In this document: in pieces, positions 31,559 to 40,970 of the stretch | Layout of the letters: every line of letters starts with the position of its first letter | Numbering within the stretch: position 1 is the first letter of the stretch | Assembly (NCBI GenBank): GCA_044226015.1 | Contig: JBGAHS010000003.1 | Location: 608,001 to 672,000, forward strand | DNA length: 64,000 bases | DNA from: Candidatus Obscuribacteraceae bacterium | GTDB taxonomy: Bacteria; Cyanobacteriota; Vampirovibrionia; Obscuribacterales; Obscuribacteraceae | Reading direction: 5' to 3' | Made by a program: the position numbers and the translations under genes | Notes under the pieces: model-generated | Database searches by the model: none | What the model saw: only the letters and a program-made list of their open reading frames with translations | What the model was told of the DNA's origin: nothing

Positions 31559-32599
31559 ATGTCTGGATTTGAAGATAAGCTGAGTGCAAACACTCAGCAG
31601 AAGAATAATGTTGAGAGAAGCGAGCAACGCGAAGAACACGAACAACGAACAAATCTGTTGGATCTCGTCAACGACGTTCGCAAGGATAGCTCTCATAACA
31701 ATAGTGGGAAACTAACAAGGTCTGAATTAATTGGCAGTTTTGATAATCCTATAGCGCTCTCAACATACCTTGAGCATCGCGATGCCAGACAAAACAGAGA
31801 TACTTATTTCAGAGCAGGTGCAGCAGCAATAACTCGGTTTGGACGCACTGTGCTCGGTATGTCTGATGCAAGCTCTGCTTTCGAATCAGCACGAGCCTCT
31901 GGAAATGAGGGGCTTATGATCACCCTCTACAAAGCTGACAAAGAACAAAGAGAATTCGAAGAGAAAGTAGGAATTTACGGAAGCGCAGCGCTCAAAACAG
32001 GCTTCTTGTTCACTTCAGGAAAAGCAGGCTGGGTAGGACTTACAGCAATTTCAGCAAGTGACAGCGCGCGTCCGTCAGATTCTTTTGGGCAGCAACTCGC
32101 TGACACCACTCTTGGTGCAGCACGAGGACTTGCTACTAGAGCATTGTTCATGAAGATCAACGAGCAGAACTGGAACCCGGTCATGAAGGGCTGGACCTAT
32201 GGCTTAGGAGATAGATTTATTGATAACAGCCTCAACAGTCGCTATTATCTAAACGGCGACGGCAAGGTAGACCTTGCCTCATTTAGAGATGGGGCTTTGA
32301 CTGCACTTCATCACACAATTGGTGCACAAGCACTAGCGACTGATGCAGCGACTCTCAGTGTATCTGCATTACTCATTCCAATCGATAAGTACATGGGCGG
32401 TGCTTACTTCAAGAATGTATTGGCACAGAAACTAACAATGGCTGGAGTTTCAGGATTGAGCGAAGGCTCACTAAAAGAGCTGAACCGTCAGCAGGACAGA
32501 ATGAAAGGAATCGATTGGCAGAAAGTGGCTCAGAAAGGCGGAGAAAGAGCAATTTTAGACACACTTTCCGCCGTGCCAGGTTCGCATCTCTGGTACTAA
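31559..32599 (+). CDS. Hypothetical protein
   Basis: 346 aa ORF, GGGAG RBS, Gly/Ala-rich helical segments. Confidence 0.6.
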   Translation: MSGFEDKLSANTQQKNNVERSEQREEHEQRTNLLDLVNDVRKDSSHNNSGKLTRSELIGSFDNPIALSTYLEHRDARQNRDTYFRAGAAAITRFGRTVLGMSDASSAFESARASGNEGLMITLYKADKEQREFEEKVGIYGSAALKTGFLFTSGKAGWVGLTAISASDSARPSDSFGQQLADTTLGAARGLATRALFMKINEQNWNPVMKGWTYGLGDRFIDNSLNSRYYLNGDGKVDLASFRDGALTALHHTIGAQALATDAATLSVSALLIPIDKYMGGAYFKNVLAQKLTMAGVSGLSEGSLKELNRQQDRMKGIDWQKVAQKGGERAILDTLSAVPGSHLWY

Positions 32600-33015
32600 A
32601 AGAACTAGAAAGAACAACAGAGAAAGATCTGGGCCAATCCAAGGTTATCGCCTAAGCTACGCTGCATTCGCAAAGCAGCGCGAGGTGGACTGCTTTTTAA
32701 CAGGGATTTATGTTACGGCAGAAGAATGCGCGTGGCTCACACTCTAGCTTGCGCAGCAAGATAATAAAAAAATTGTGCTTAACAAACAAAGATTGAGCTG
32801 ACACTACTCAAACCAGATTTTGAGCCATGTTCGTTACTAGGCTCTGCTCGTCTCAAAGTTTCGTCCCAATATCCCCTGCAACTCCCAGCAAATAGAAAAA
32901 GCAACGCATCCATTACTTATCTCGACAGCCAAATCTGGCAGTCCAGGAAAGATGCCTGCGTTTGCCGGACGAACTTTGAGACGAACCTTCATCAACCTAA
33001 AGCAAAGGAAATAAC

Positions 33016-34137
33016 ATGAGCAGCATTCGACTGATCGCCCCCACCGCTGGCTTCGGCGTCCAACTCCTTCAGAAAGAACTGGCGGCGAACGCCGGCAAGA
33101 ACGTCCTCGTCTCGCCGCTGAGCGTCAGCGTCGCGATGGCGATGGCCATGAACGGCGCGCGTGGGAAGACTCGCAAGCTGATCGCCTCTGGACTGCAACT
33201 GCCCGACTTTGGCAGCCTCGCGGCGACCAACCTTTCCTATGCCAATCTGCTGGCCGAACTCAACGACAAGGAAGCTCTCGGCGTCGACCTCGCCGTGGCC
33301 AACGCCATCTGGGCGAAGCAGGACTTCCCCTTCAACCCGCAGTTCATCGGCTCGGTGGCCGCGCAATTCAATGCGCAGATCAGCAACGCCGACTTCAGCG
33401 ACCCCGCCACGCTGGTGGCACTCAACCAGTGGGCGTCGGACAACACGAACAAGCGCATCACGAAGATTCTCGACGAAATCTCGCCCGAGAAAATTCTCTT
33501 CCTTCTGAATGCGGTCTACTTCAAGGGAGAATGGACGGTCAAGTTCGACAAGACGCTCACGAAGGACGAGGACTTCTTCGCGCCGTCGGGCACTCGCAAG
33601 CATCCGCTCATGCAGCGCCAGGGCAACATGGTCTGGACGCGCGGCAAGAACTACCAGGCGGTGAAGCTGCCGTTCGGCAAGAACGAGCGCACGAGCCTCT
33701 GCGTCTTCCTGCCGGCGCCTGGTGTCAGCGTCGAGTCGGTCGTCGCCGGCCTCAGCGCGAGCGAAATTCGCAATCTGGTCACGCTGGAGGAAGGCACCGA
33801 CGGCACGCTCTTCCTGCCCCGCTTCAAGCTCGACTATGACGTCTGCCTGAATGATTCGCTTCAGGCTCTCGGCATGGGCGATGCTTTCAACTCGGGCAGC
33901 GCCGACTTCTCGGCCATGGCGAGCGGTCCGATCTTCATCAGCGAGGTCAAGCACAAGACCTTCGCCAGCTTCGACGAGGAAGGCGGTGAAGCGGCAGCTG
34001 TGACTTCGGTCGGCGTCGGCATCGAGTGCGTTCCGGTCAGCTTCAACATGCGCTGCGACCGCCCCTTCGCGATCGCGCTGCAGGACAAGCAGACCGGAGC
34101 CCTGCTCTTCAGCGGCGTCGTCAACGACCCGCAGTAA
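33016..34137 (+). CDS. Serpin (serine protease inhibitor family)
   Basis: NVLVSPLS, GARGKT, LLNAVYFKGEW, LPRFK, hinge EEGGEAAAVT, DRPF, LFSG.V.DP. Confidence 0.96.
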   Translation: MSSIRLIAPTAGFGVQLLQKELAANAGKNVLVSPLSVSVAMAMAMNGARGKTRKLIASGLQLPDFGSLAATNLSYANLLAELNDKEALGVDLAVANAIWAKQDFPFNPQFIGSVAAQFNAQISNADFSDPATLVALNQWASDNTNKRITKILDEISPEKILFLLNAVYFKGEWTVKFDKTLTKDEDFFAPSGTRKHPLMQRQGNMVWTRGKNYQAVKLPFGKNERTSLCVFLPAPGVSVESVVAGLSASEIRNLVTLEEGTDGTLFLPRFKLDYDVCLNDSLQALGMGDAFNSGSADFSAMASGPIFISEVKHKTFASFDEEGGEAAAVTSVGVGIECVPVSFNMRCDRPFAIALQDKQTGALLFSGVVNDPQ

Positions 34138-34181
34138 GGGCACAACTTGGGCACCGTAAAACTAAAGGCTGAGTAAGCCTG

Positions 34182-34220
34182 GCGCTGGTTGAGGATTCGT
34201 CCTCTTCCAGCGCTTTTTTT
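34182..34220 (+). terminator. Rho-independent terminator of the serpin
   Basis: GCGCTGG..GAGGA-TTCG-TCCTC..CCAGCGC followed by T7. Confidence 0.85.
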
Positions 34221-34287
34221 CTTCTCTGAGCATTCTATTATATCCTATCGTATTAATCCAGAGAATTGTAAAGGCGAAAGAAGAAAC

Positions 34288-34324
34288 AGGGAGGCAAGAT
34301 CCTGAGATCTTGCCTTCCCTTTTG
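34288..34324. terminator. Stem-loop between convergent genes
   Basis: AGGGAGGCAAGATC-CTGA-GATCTTGCCTTCCCT with A-rich 5' and T-rich 3' flanks. Confidence 0.7.
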
Positions 34325-34341
34325 TTCTTAGAGACGAGCTG

Positions 34342-34683
34342 CTAGAGCAGATCGCGCTCAACGCAAAGCTTCACCGCGGCTTCGTGCTCGGCAGCCTGCT
34401 GGCATGCTTCGCGAATCCAGTGGTGTGCACGCGCATAGATTTCGAGCCGATGCTTCTCGCTGCCCAGAGCTTCCTCGGTACGCGAAAGCATGATGCGCAG
34501 CGAATCGTTGCCGGAGTATTCCATGCGGAAACCCGACTCGTCGTTGAGCTGCTCGATGAGACTGGAGGCGAGTTCCGTATAGCGGCCTTCGACGCGAATT
34601 GCGAAGGGCAGCTTATAGACCCGTTCCAGGGGCGAGTGCTGGCTGAAGCTCAGCTCGGCACACTTATCCGTGTGAGCGTTCAT
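34342..34683 (-). CDS. Hypothetical protein (113 aa)
   Basis: GAAAGGA RBS; high-GC codon usage. Confidence 0.6.
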   Translation of the reverse strand: MNAHTDKCAELSFSQHSPLERVYKLPFAIRVEGRYTELASSLIEQLNDESGFRMEYSGNDSLRIMLSRTEEALGSEKHRLEIYARAHHWIREACQQAAEHEAAVKLCVERDLL

Positions 34684-34775
34684 GTTGTATCCTTTCTTAC
34701 TTTTTCAACTGTGCTAGAGAAACACAGGTGGAAAAGGTGAGTCTCCTCACCTTTTCCGACTTGTGTCTCGAATCG

Positions 34776-34952
34776 CTAGCGAAGCAGGTATCCCATCAGG
34801 AAGAAGAGCCCAGTGATAACAGTTCCGCCAATCAGACCGGGAATTGCCGGCCAGCCAGTAGCCAGCAGAACAAAGCAGCTGAGCACCCAGAGGATGATGA
34901 GCCAGCCCAGGTTGATGGGGAGATCGTTTTTGTAGCCTTCCGGTTTGTTCAT
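34776..34952 (-). CDS. 58-aa two-helix membrane micro-protein (below ORF-track cutoff)
   Basis: Translated by hand: MNKPEGYKNDLPINLGWLIILWVLSCFVLLATGWPAIPGLIGGTVITGLFFLMGYLLR*. Confidence 0.5.
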   Translation of the reverse strand: MNKPEGYKNDLPINLGWLIILWVLSCFVLLATGWPAIPGLIGGTVITGLFFLMGYLLR

Positions 34953-35024
34953 GAAAAATCCATTTGAATGTTGAAGTGAAGTTGAACGAGTGTTAGTAAC
35001 AAATAGAACCGATGAAAAAATTGA

Positions 35025-35065
35025 CTAAAGAAAGAAGCGACTCCCCGAGCCGAAACTCGGGGAGT
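35025..35065 (-). terminator. Terminator-like hairpin after the acyltransferase
   Basis: ACTCCCCGAGT-TTCG-GCTCGGGGAGT on the sense strand, then CGCTTCTTTCTTT. Confidence 0.7.
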
Positions 35066-35070
35066 GCTCA

Positions 35071-36138
35071 TCAATAGCGTTTGGCGAGTTCCAGCAGCTC
35101 AGCAATCTTGAGCCGAACCTGATCGATAGCTTCGAGTTCATCGCTCGGCAAAGAGCCAACAGCGATGGGCTCACCCACGACGACAACGCCACCATAGATG
35201 GTGATTTGCGAATGCCGGTAGGCAGCAAGCGCAGCCTCGCGTTTGGCGACCACGTCAGCACGCTCGGACGGCGAAAGCGCGTCGAGGTCGAGCTTGAACA
35301 GTGGGTCCCAGTGACGCGGGTTGCGCATACCGAGGAACAACGAACGTGTCCGGTTGAAGAGCTTCTGACTCCAGTGCGCTTCTTTCGGGTCGCGCCTGTA
35401 GTGAATCGCCAGAGGAAGAATCGAGACGGGTTCGCCCGACTCTTGTGCAGCATCTCGTGCCACACGAATGGCTCCTGCGCGAAACTCTTCCTTCTTGAGC
35501 TGATTGTCCGGCATCAACGCCCCCTGCGGTGCAATCGCAAACGCGATGTCATCGCCAGGAAGCGAGAGCGTAAAGCAGCTCGCAAAGAAAGAAGCCAGCG
35601 CCAGCAGCTCGCTACCTATGCAGAACAGGAAGGTCGCGAGCCCGAAGCCGATGATGCCGAGCCAGGCGGCAACGGCGGTGCGCATGCGCAAACCGCACTT
35701 GCGCATGGCAAGCACTTTCACGGACGCGCTCTGACCAGCAGCCCGTTCGGCTTTGGTCTTGAACGTAACCGTGACGATTCCTATCCAAGCCGCCAGCACA
35801 CCGAAGAAACCAGTGAATTGAGCAGCGTCGCCCAGGGCACGGAAGTGGCGCCCGGTGGCCGACCGCACCATGGCGAAGTCGGCAGGAATCTGATGATTGG
35901 CGACAACGACGACGCGTCCCTTGCGAGGCGCATTTTCCTTGCCGACAACCTTGATGGGTCCGATGGTGAGGAAGCCGACCAGCCGAGCCGCCCCGCAATA
36001 CATGAGCTTTGCAAAGGCGCTCGTATCGGGAACGACGTGTCCGCTAGTCTGGAGCTTCCCGGCGTGATACCGCCAGTAGAAGTACCATACCAGCACCGCC
36101 AGAAGCAGTGCGGCAGGCACACAGAGAAGTGCGCTCAT
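35071..36138 (-). CDS. PlsC-like glycerolipid acyltransferase with inserted hydrophobic hairpin
   Basis: N-terminal TM, VANHQIPAD (HxxxxD), IAPQG, ILPLAIHY, VVVGEPI; paralog of 46212-47270. Confidence 0.8.
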   Translation of the reverse strand: MSALLCVPAALLLAVLVWYFYWRYHAGKLQTSGHVVPDTSAFAKLMYCGAARLVGFLTIGPIKVVGKENAPRKGRVVVVANHQIPADFAMVRSATGRHFRALGDAAQFTGFFGVLAAWIGIVTVTFKTKAERAAGQSASVKVLAMRKCGLRMRTAVAAWLGIIGFGLATFLFCIGSELLALASFFASCFTLSLPGDDIAFAIAPQGALMPDNQLKKEEFRAGAIRVARDAAQESGEPVSILPLAIHYRRDPKEAHWSQKLFNRTRSLFLGMRNPRHWDPLFKLDLDALSPSERADVVAKREAALAAYRHSQITIYGGVVVVGEPIAVGSLPSDELEAIDQVRLKIAELLELAKRY

Positions 36139-36359
36139 TCTGTTTCTTCTTTCTCAATAAAATTTCTCCAGTTGAGAGAAGCGAGGACGGCATCGTGATG
36201 CCGTCCTGCATATTGCTGCCAGCTTTCGCCAGCGCGCACTCAAAGGCTAGCCCGTGTTAGAGGCCAGCAACAGGAATGCGCTCATTGCGCTGAGTCTTGA
36301 AACACTGCCCGAAAGGCGGAGAAGCTCCCCGCCTTTCCTCTTCGTGCAGTATTGATGCT

Positions 36360-36689
36360 TCAGCTCAGCCGGGCGAGGAGCGCGAAGAGGATCCGCTCGA
36401 TGGCCTTGATGCCGCCCACGATGAAGCCCCAGGCGACACCGACGAAGGGCACGCTGGCGACCACGCAGATGAGGCCGAAGAGATTGCCGCCGGCGACAAC
36501 CGCAGCAGTCGAGATGAAGCCCATCACGACCGCGGCAGCGACCACGCCCAGCGCGGTGAAGAAGAAGAAAGCCTCGGCGCTCCGGAACTTCCAGCGCTCG
36601 GCCAGGAAGTAGGCGACACGTCCGCTGGTGACAGCGGCGATGGCGACGGAGGCGACGATGAGGGCGAGACCGAAGATGTCGATATGCAT
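36360..36689 (-). CDS. Small membrane protein, array family B
   Basis: 109 aa, 3 hydrophobic helices, SVPFVGVAW..GG..IERIL..LLARLS; GAAAGGA RBS. Confidence 0.75.
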   Translation of the reverse strand: MHIDIFGLALIVASVAIAAVTSGRVAYFLAERWKFRSAEAFFFFTALGVVAAAVVMGFISTAAVVAGGNLFGLICVVASVPFVGVAWGFIVGGIKAIERILFALLARLS

Positions 36690-36729
36690 TGTCTGTATCC
36701 TTTCTTGTCGTATGGTCTAGCGCTGTCGA

Positions 36730-37206
36730 TCAGCGCTTGTCGCCGTTCCAGAGTTCGACCAGGAAATGCCCGAGCCCGTAGCAGGCGACGAAACCAGCAG
36801 CCGCGACGGTGCCGTTCGTCCAGTTCACGAGCGGGTTTCCGGTCGCCGTGAAGATCTGCATGCAGGCGGTGGCGAAGTAGCCCATCACGGTGAGAACCGC
36901 GACACCGGTGAAGATCTCGCCGGTGGACAGGCGCATCGAAGCCTTCTGCCGCATGTTCTTCAGCAGACGCAGGAGGAAGAAGAAGCTGCCGATGATGGCG
37001 GCGAAGAGCGTGCCGCCGAGGACGACCGGCATGATGGCCATGAAGATGCCGCCGATGTAGTTAAGGACGGCGAAGACGCCGACCACGGACGACGCACCGA
37101 CCAGCGCCAGGAAGGCGTTGGTCTTGTCGAGACCGACACGAATCACCTCGGGCTCCTTGCCGGGCTCGGGGTTGACGGCCGGGATGCTGTTGAGATCATT
37201 GCTCAT
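36730..37206 (-). CDS. Membrane protein, array family A (subtype A2)
   Basis: 158 aa, MP.VLGGTLFAAIIGSFF, VMGYFATACMQ, NPL..WT.G, LWN. Confidence 0.75.
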   Translation of the reverse strand: MSNDLNSIPAVNPEPGKEPEVIRVGLDKTNAFLALVGASSVVGVFAVLNYIGGIFMAIMPVVLGGTLFAAIIGSFFFLLRLLKNMRQKASMRLSTGEIFTGVAVLTVMGYFATACMQIFTATGNPLVNWTNGTVAAAGFVACYGLGHFLVELWNGDKR

Positions 37207-37247
37207 TTAGAACCTCGTTCTGTTCGAGTATGGGGGGGGAGAGCTGC

Positions 37248-37568
37248 TCAGTCGAACTTGCGGATCAGCTGCGAAAGCACTCGCTCGAGCGCCAGGTTGC
37301 CGCAGATGACGAAGATCCAGCTGATTCCGATGAGCGGGATGCTTCCGAGCACCGAGACGATGCCGCCGATGATGCCCAGCTTGTCGATGGCAGCACCGGA
37401 GACGAAGAACATGATGATGGCGCCAAGGCAGCCGGAGACCAGGTAAGGGAAGGGATGCGAGCCCCCCCAGCGCAGATCGGCCAGGCGAATGTAGATCTGC
37501 CCGCTGCTGACGAAGCCGAGGAACATGGAGGAGATGAAGAGAAGTCCGAAGTATGCTTGCATATTCAT
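37248..37568 (-). CDS. Small membrane protein, array family B
   Basis: AAGGAG RBS before GTG ATG; SIPLIGISW...GNLALERVL..LIRKFD. Confidence 0.75.
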   Translation of the reverse strand: MNMQAYFGLLFISSMFLGFVSSGQIYIRLADLRWGGSHPFPYLVSGCLGAIIMFFVSGAAIDKLGIIGGIVSVLGSIPLIGISWIFVICGNLALERVLSQLIRKFD

Positions 37569-37587
37569 CACGAGTCTCCTTCTGTGT

Positions 37588-38055
37588 TCAGCGGCCGGAC
37601 TTGCTCTTGTCGCCGCTCTCATTGAAGAGCTGCTTGGCAAACTTGCCGCCAGCGAAGAGCATGCCGAAGAGAGCAGCCGAACCGACACCGTAGGTCCAGA
37701 GGCTGGACGGGTCGGCACCGGGCTGGAAAGTAGCGACACAGGCGGCGGCGAAGTAGCCGAGCACGCCGATGACAGCCAGGGCACGGTAACAGTCCGTGAT
37801 GGCGACCGACTTCTGCGCAGAGCGGCGAATGCGCTTGAGCATGAAGACGATGCTGATGAAGACGCTCATCAGAGCAGCGAAGAGCGTCACGCCGGCGACG
37901 TAGGGGAAGGCGCTGGTGGCGACGAAGCCGACCAGCTTGAAGAGGCTGTAGATGCTCAGGGCGATCGCAGCCAGCAGAGCGCCGGCGCCGAGGCTGAAGA
38001 GACGACCCTTGTCGCCATCGACCTGCTCGACCGGATTGGTGTTCTCATTGCTCAT
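37588..38055 (-). CDS. Membrane protein, array family A (subtype A1)
   Basis: GAGGT RBS before MSNENT; FSLG, PYVAG.TLF, RRSAQK, GYFAAACVATFQP..DPS.LW.YG, LFNE. Confidence 0.78.
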   Translation of the reverse strand: MSNENTNPVEQVDGDKGRLFSLGAGALLAAIALSIYSLFKLVGFVATSAFPYVAGVTLFAALMSVFISIVFMLKRIRRSAQKSVAITDCYRALAVIGVLGYFAAACVATFQPGADPSSLWTYGVGSAALFGMLFAGGKFAKQLFNESGDKSKSGR

Positions 38056-38141
38056 TGTGCTTACCTCTTTTCGAGTATGGGTTGCAGAATCAGGACCCGG
38101 GAGCAGAGTCTGTTCCCGGGACAGTTTCAGACCGCTGCGGC

Positions 38142-38471
38142 TCAGGAGAGCCGGGTCATCAGCCCGTTGAGAATACGGTTGATGCCCATGGTCATGCCGA
38201 TGGGGAAGGCCCAGATGAAGCCCGCCGCCGGAATCGAAGCAGCCATGACGACGAGCCCGCCGATGTAGCCGAAGTGAGCCAGGGCCGGCACGCAGATGTA
38301 GCCCATGATGGAAGCGCAGAGCACGGCGCCACCGACACAGAAGACGAAGCCGGTGAACGTGTTCGGCCAGTCGATGCCCATCTTCTTGCAGACGAAGTCG
38401 CCGATGCGCAGTCCGGTGACGCCAGCCAGAGCGACGGTGATCACGAGGATGCAGAGAGCATAGGAGCTCAT
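38142..38471 (-). CDS. Small membrane protein, array family B
   Basis: AAGGAA RBS before MSSYAL; SIPAAGFIW...G...INRIL.GLMTRLS. Confidence 0.75.
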   Translation of the reverse strand: MSSYALCILVITVALAGVTGLRIGDFVCKKMGIDWPNTFTGFVFCVGGAVLCASIMGYICVPALAHFGYIGGLVVMAASIPAAGFIWAFPIGMTMGINRILNGLMTRLS

Positions 38472-38500
38472 GTGGTGTTTCCTTTTCTTCGAGATAAGGT

Positions 38501-38965
38501 TCAGGACTTGCTGCTGTTGCTGTCGTTCCAGAGCCCGGCGACGAAGCGCCCGAGCCCGAAGACAGTAGCGAAGCCGGCGCAGGCGATCGAGCCCGTGCAC
38601 CAAAGCGAGAGCGGGTTGCCACCGCTGCCGGTGAAGAGCTGCATGCAGGCCGTGGCGAAGTAGCCCATGACGGTGAAGACCGCCAGAGCCGTGAAGCCCT
38701 CCCAGAAGGAGAGACGCAGGCTGCTGCGCACGCGCATCAGCTTGAGCATCTTCATCAGGTAGAAGAAGCTGCCGACGATGGCAGCGAAGAGCGTCCCGCC
38801 GAGCAGGAAAGGCATCGCGCCAGCGAAGACGAGGCTCGCCTTCTGCAGGAAGTAGAAGCCCGTGCCAGCGCCAGCGGCACCGGCGGCGAAGAGCGCGATA
38901 TTGCTGAGCGTGACACCGCTGAGGTCGATGTTGATGTCGACCGGGTTCTTGGTCAGATTGCTCAT
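38501..38965 (-). CDS. Membrane protein, array family A (subtype A2)
   Basis: 154 aa, MPFLLGGTLFAAIVGSFF, VMGYFATACMQ, NPLSLWCTG, LWND. Confidence 0.78.
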   Translation of the reverse strand: MSNLTKNPVDINIDLSGVTLSNIALFAAGAAGAGTGFYFLQKASLVFAGAMPFLLGGTLFAAIVGSFFYLMKMLKLMRVRSSLRLSFWEGFTALAVFTVMGYFATACMQLFTGSGGNPLSLWCTGSIACAGFATVFGLGRFVAGLWNDSNSSKS

Positions 38966-38994
38966 GTGTACTTATCCTCTTTCTTGTGGGTTGC

Positions 38995-39333
38995 TCAGGA
39001 GAGCTTCTTGAGCAGATTTCCCAGAATCCGCTCGAGAGCCTTGTTGCCGCCGACCACCACGATCCAGCTGAAGCCGACCACGGGAATCGCCGCGAAGCAG
39101 GTGATGATGCCGAAGGGAATTCCTCCCACGTCGAGCGCCGCCTGCTGCACGAAGTAGATGATCAGCCCGGCGACAGCGCCGCCGAACAAGGTGAAGACGT
39201 CACGACCGTCCCCACGGATGCCCCAGCGATTCGCAAAGTTGCGCGCGAAGATGCCGCTGGAGACGCCGGCATAGATGACCGCCAGCATGGTGAGGAAGGT
39301 GGAGAACTCGAAGGGAAGCATGCTGTAGTGCAT
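38995..39333 (-). CDS. Small membrane protein, array family B
   Basis: 112 aa, GVSSG, AIPVVGFSW...GGNKALERILGNLLKKLS. Confidence 0.75.
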   Translation of the reverse strand: MHYSMLPFEFSTFLTMLAVIYAGVSSGIFARNFANRWGIRGDGRDVFTLFGGAVAGLIIYFVQQAALDVGGIPFGIITCFAAIPVVGFSWIVVVGGNKALERILGNLLKKLS

Positions 39334-39358
39334 TTGTCAGTTCCTTCTGCTTGAGCTT

Positions 39359-39640
39359 TCAGCTCGGGATGTCGATGTTGCGGAGAGCCTTGAGAGTCTC
39401 CCAGATGTGGCTGGCACCGATGCCAGCGAACAGCATGTAGAGACCCCAGACGGCGACTTGCAGCCACCCGTTGTCGGGAAGCAGGAAGGGCGTGAGCATA
39501 GCCGCGCCCACCATCGTGATGAGCACGAAGGCGACGCGAGCTTGCATCTGGTGATGCACCAGCCAGAGCCAGACGCGGTAGGCGCCGACGCCGACGATTG
39601 CCAGCAGAATGATGCTGATGATACCGAGAACGGCAGACAT
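39359..39640 (-). CDS. Small 3-TM membrane protein (singleton 'C' in the array)
   Basis: AAAGGA RBS before MSAVLGII; 93 aa, three hydrophobic segments. Confidence 0.65.
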   Translation of the reverse strand: MSAVLGIISIILLAIVGVGAYRVWLWLVHHQMQARVAFVLITMVGAAMLTPFLLPDNGWLQVAVWGLYMLFAGIGASHIWETLKALRNIDIPS

Positions 39641-39665
39641 TAGGATTTCCTTTCGTCGTTCGAGC

Positions 39666-40196
39666 TCAGTTGGTCTTCGACTTCTTGGCCGAGCCCTCAT
39701 TGAAGAGCTGGCCAGCCCACTTGCCGCCGCCGAAGAGCATGCCGAAGAGGGCCGCCGTGCCGACACCGTAGCTCCAGAGCGTGGACGGGTCGGAAGCGGG
39801 CTGGAAGGTGGCGACGCAGGCGGCGGCGAAGAAGCCGAGCACCGAAATCACCGCCATCGCCGTGTAGCAGTCCCAGATGGCGAAGGTCTTCTGCGCCGAG
39901 CGGCGGAACTTCTTCAGCATCGTCACGATGCTGAGGAAGACGGTCATCAGCGTGACGAAGAGCGCCGCGCCGGCGACGTAGGGCGCCGCCGAGCTGATGA
40001 TGCCGCTGACGAGAGCGACGAGGCTGTAGCCGCTGAGGATGACGGCGGCCACGACCGCTCCGAGACCGAGCGAGAACATGCCCCCCTTGTTGCCGCTCTC
40101 CGTGGTCGGAGTCGGCGTCTCGGGAGCCTTGGGCGCATCGGGAGTCGGGGAGGTCGGGGCGACCGTTTCTCCGGGATTCTGATTGATGTCCGTCAT
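39666..40196 (-). CDS. Membrane protein, array family A (subtype A1) with Pro/Thr-rich N-terminus
   Basis: GAAGGA RBS before MTDINQ; FSLG, PYVAGAALF, RRSAQK, GFFAAACVATFQP.SDPS.LWSYG, LFNE. Confidence 0.78.
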   Translation of the reverse strand: MTDINQNPGETVAPTSPTPDAPKAPETPTPTTESGNKGGMFSLGLGAVVAAVILSGYSLVALVSGIISSAAPYVAGAALFVTLMTVFLSIVTMLKKFRRSAQKTFAIWDCYTAMAVISVLGFFAAACVATFQPASDPSTLWSYGVGTAALFGMLFGGGKWAGQLFNEGSAKKSKTN

Positions 40197-40316
40197 TGAC
40201 GAAATCCTTCGTTGCGTTGAGCGTACTTCAGACGCTCTGTTGAAGCTTGTGCGGAGCCCCGGATGGACTCCGCACGGTTTGCCAGTAGCACTTGCCACCG
40301 TTTACGCATTACAACG

Positions 40317-40970
40317 CTAGATGCGCTCCCAGTTCATCGTCGGCGGCGTGAGCACACCGAGCGAGAGTCCGAACTTGAGAGCGTCGTCGACCCGCATATC
40401 GGTCTCGACGACAGCGCTTGTGGGAACGACGACGACGACACCGCTTGTCGGGTTCGGCATCATCGGCACATAGATGATGTAGCGCTTCACATCACCTTCG
40501 TGCGCGGGCGGAATTTCGTTGGTCACGAAGCCCATGGTTTTGAGCCCCGGAGTCCAGTCGAGGAACACGACCTTACGGAAGCGTGATTCGCCCCCTTGCT
40601 CGCCGAATGAATCCACGACATTGCGCGCCGATGAATAGATGAGGCGCAGGACCGGCGTTTTGTGAAGAACGCTGTCCACGAAATTCAGACCGATTTGTCC
40701 ATGCCGGAACGCAGCGAGCGCGCCGACAAGGCTCAAAAGAAGCAACGCCATGATGAGACTGACGCCTGGAATATGTCCTTCAGCCAGCGGTCCTTTCAAC
40801 CAGCTAGCCGGCAAGACGCGACGCACAAACTCGTCAGCGAAACTGCCGAAGGCAGCGTCAACGAGATTGTATGCGAAGTTCAGGACAACGATGCTCAAAA
40901 TCAGTGGCGCCAGGAAGAGCGCACCGCGAATGATGGCGGCACGCAATTTCTCAGCAAGATTTGTAGTCAT
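40317..40970 (-). CDS. DUF502 family membrane protein
   Basis: G.LFLAPL, P..R.IYSSAR.V, MGFVT, YVPMMPNPTSG, V.DALK..LSLG. Confidence 0.88.
   Translation of the reverse strand: MTTNLAEKLRAAIIRGALFLAPLILSIVVLNFAYNLVDAAFGSFADEFVRRVLPASWLKGPLAEGHIPGVSLIMALLLLSLVGALAAFRHGQIGLNFVDSVLHKTPVLRLIYSSARNVVDSFGEQGGESRFRKVVFLDWTPGLKTMGFVTNEIPPAHEGDVKRYIIYVPMMPNPTSGVVVVVPTSAVVETDMRVDDALKFGLSLGVLTPPTMNWERI

Noticed and set aside
37588..38622. 344-aa ORF-track call spanning several array genes
   Set aside because: The N-terminal part overlaps two better-supported genes; the RBS and paralog alignment place the start at 38055.
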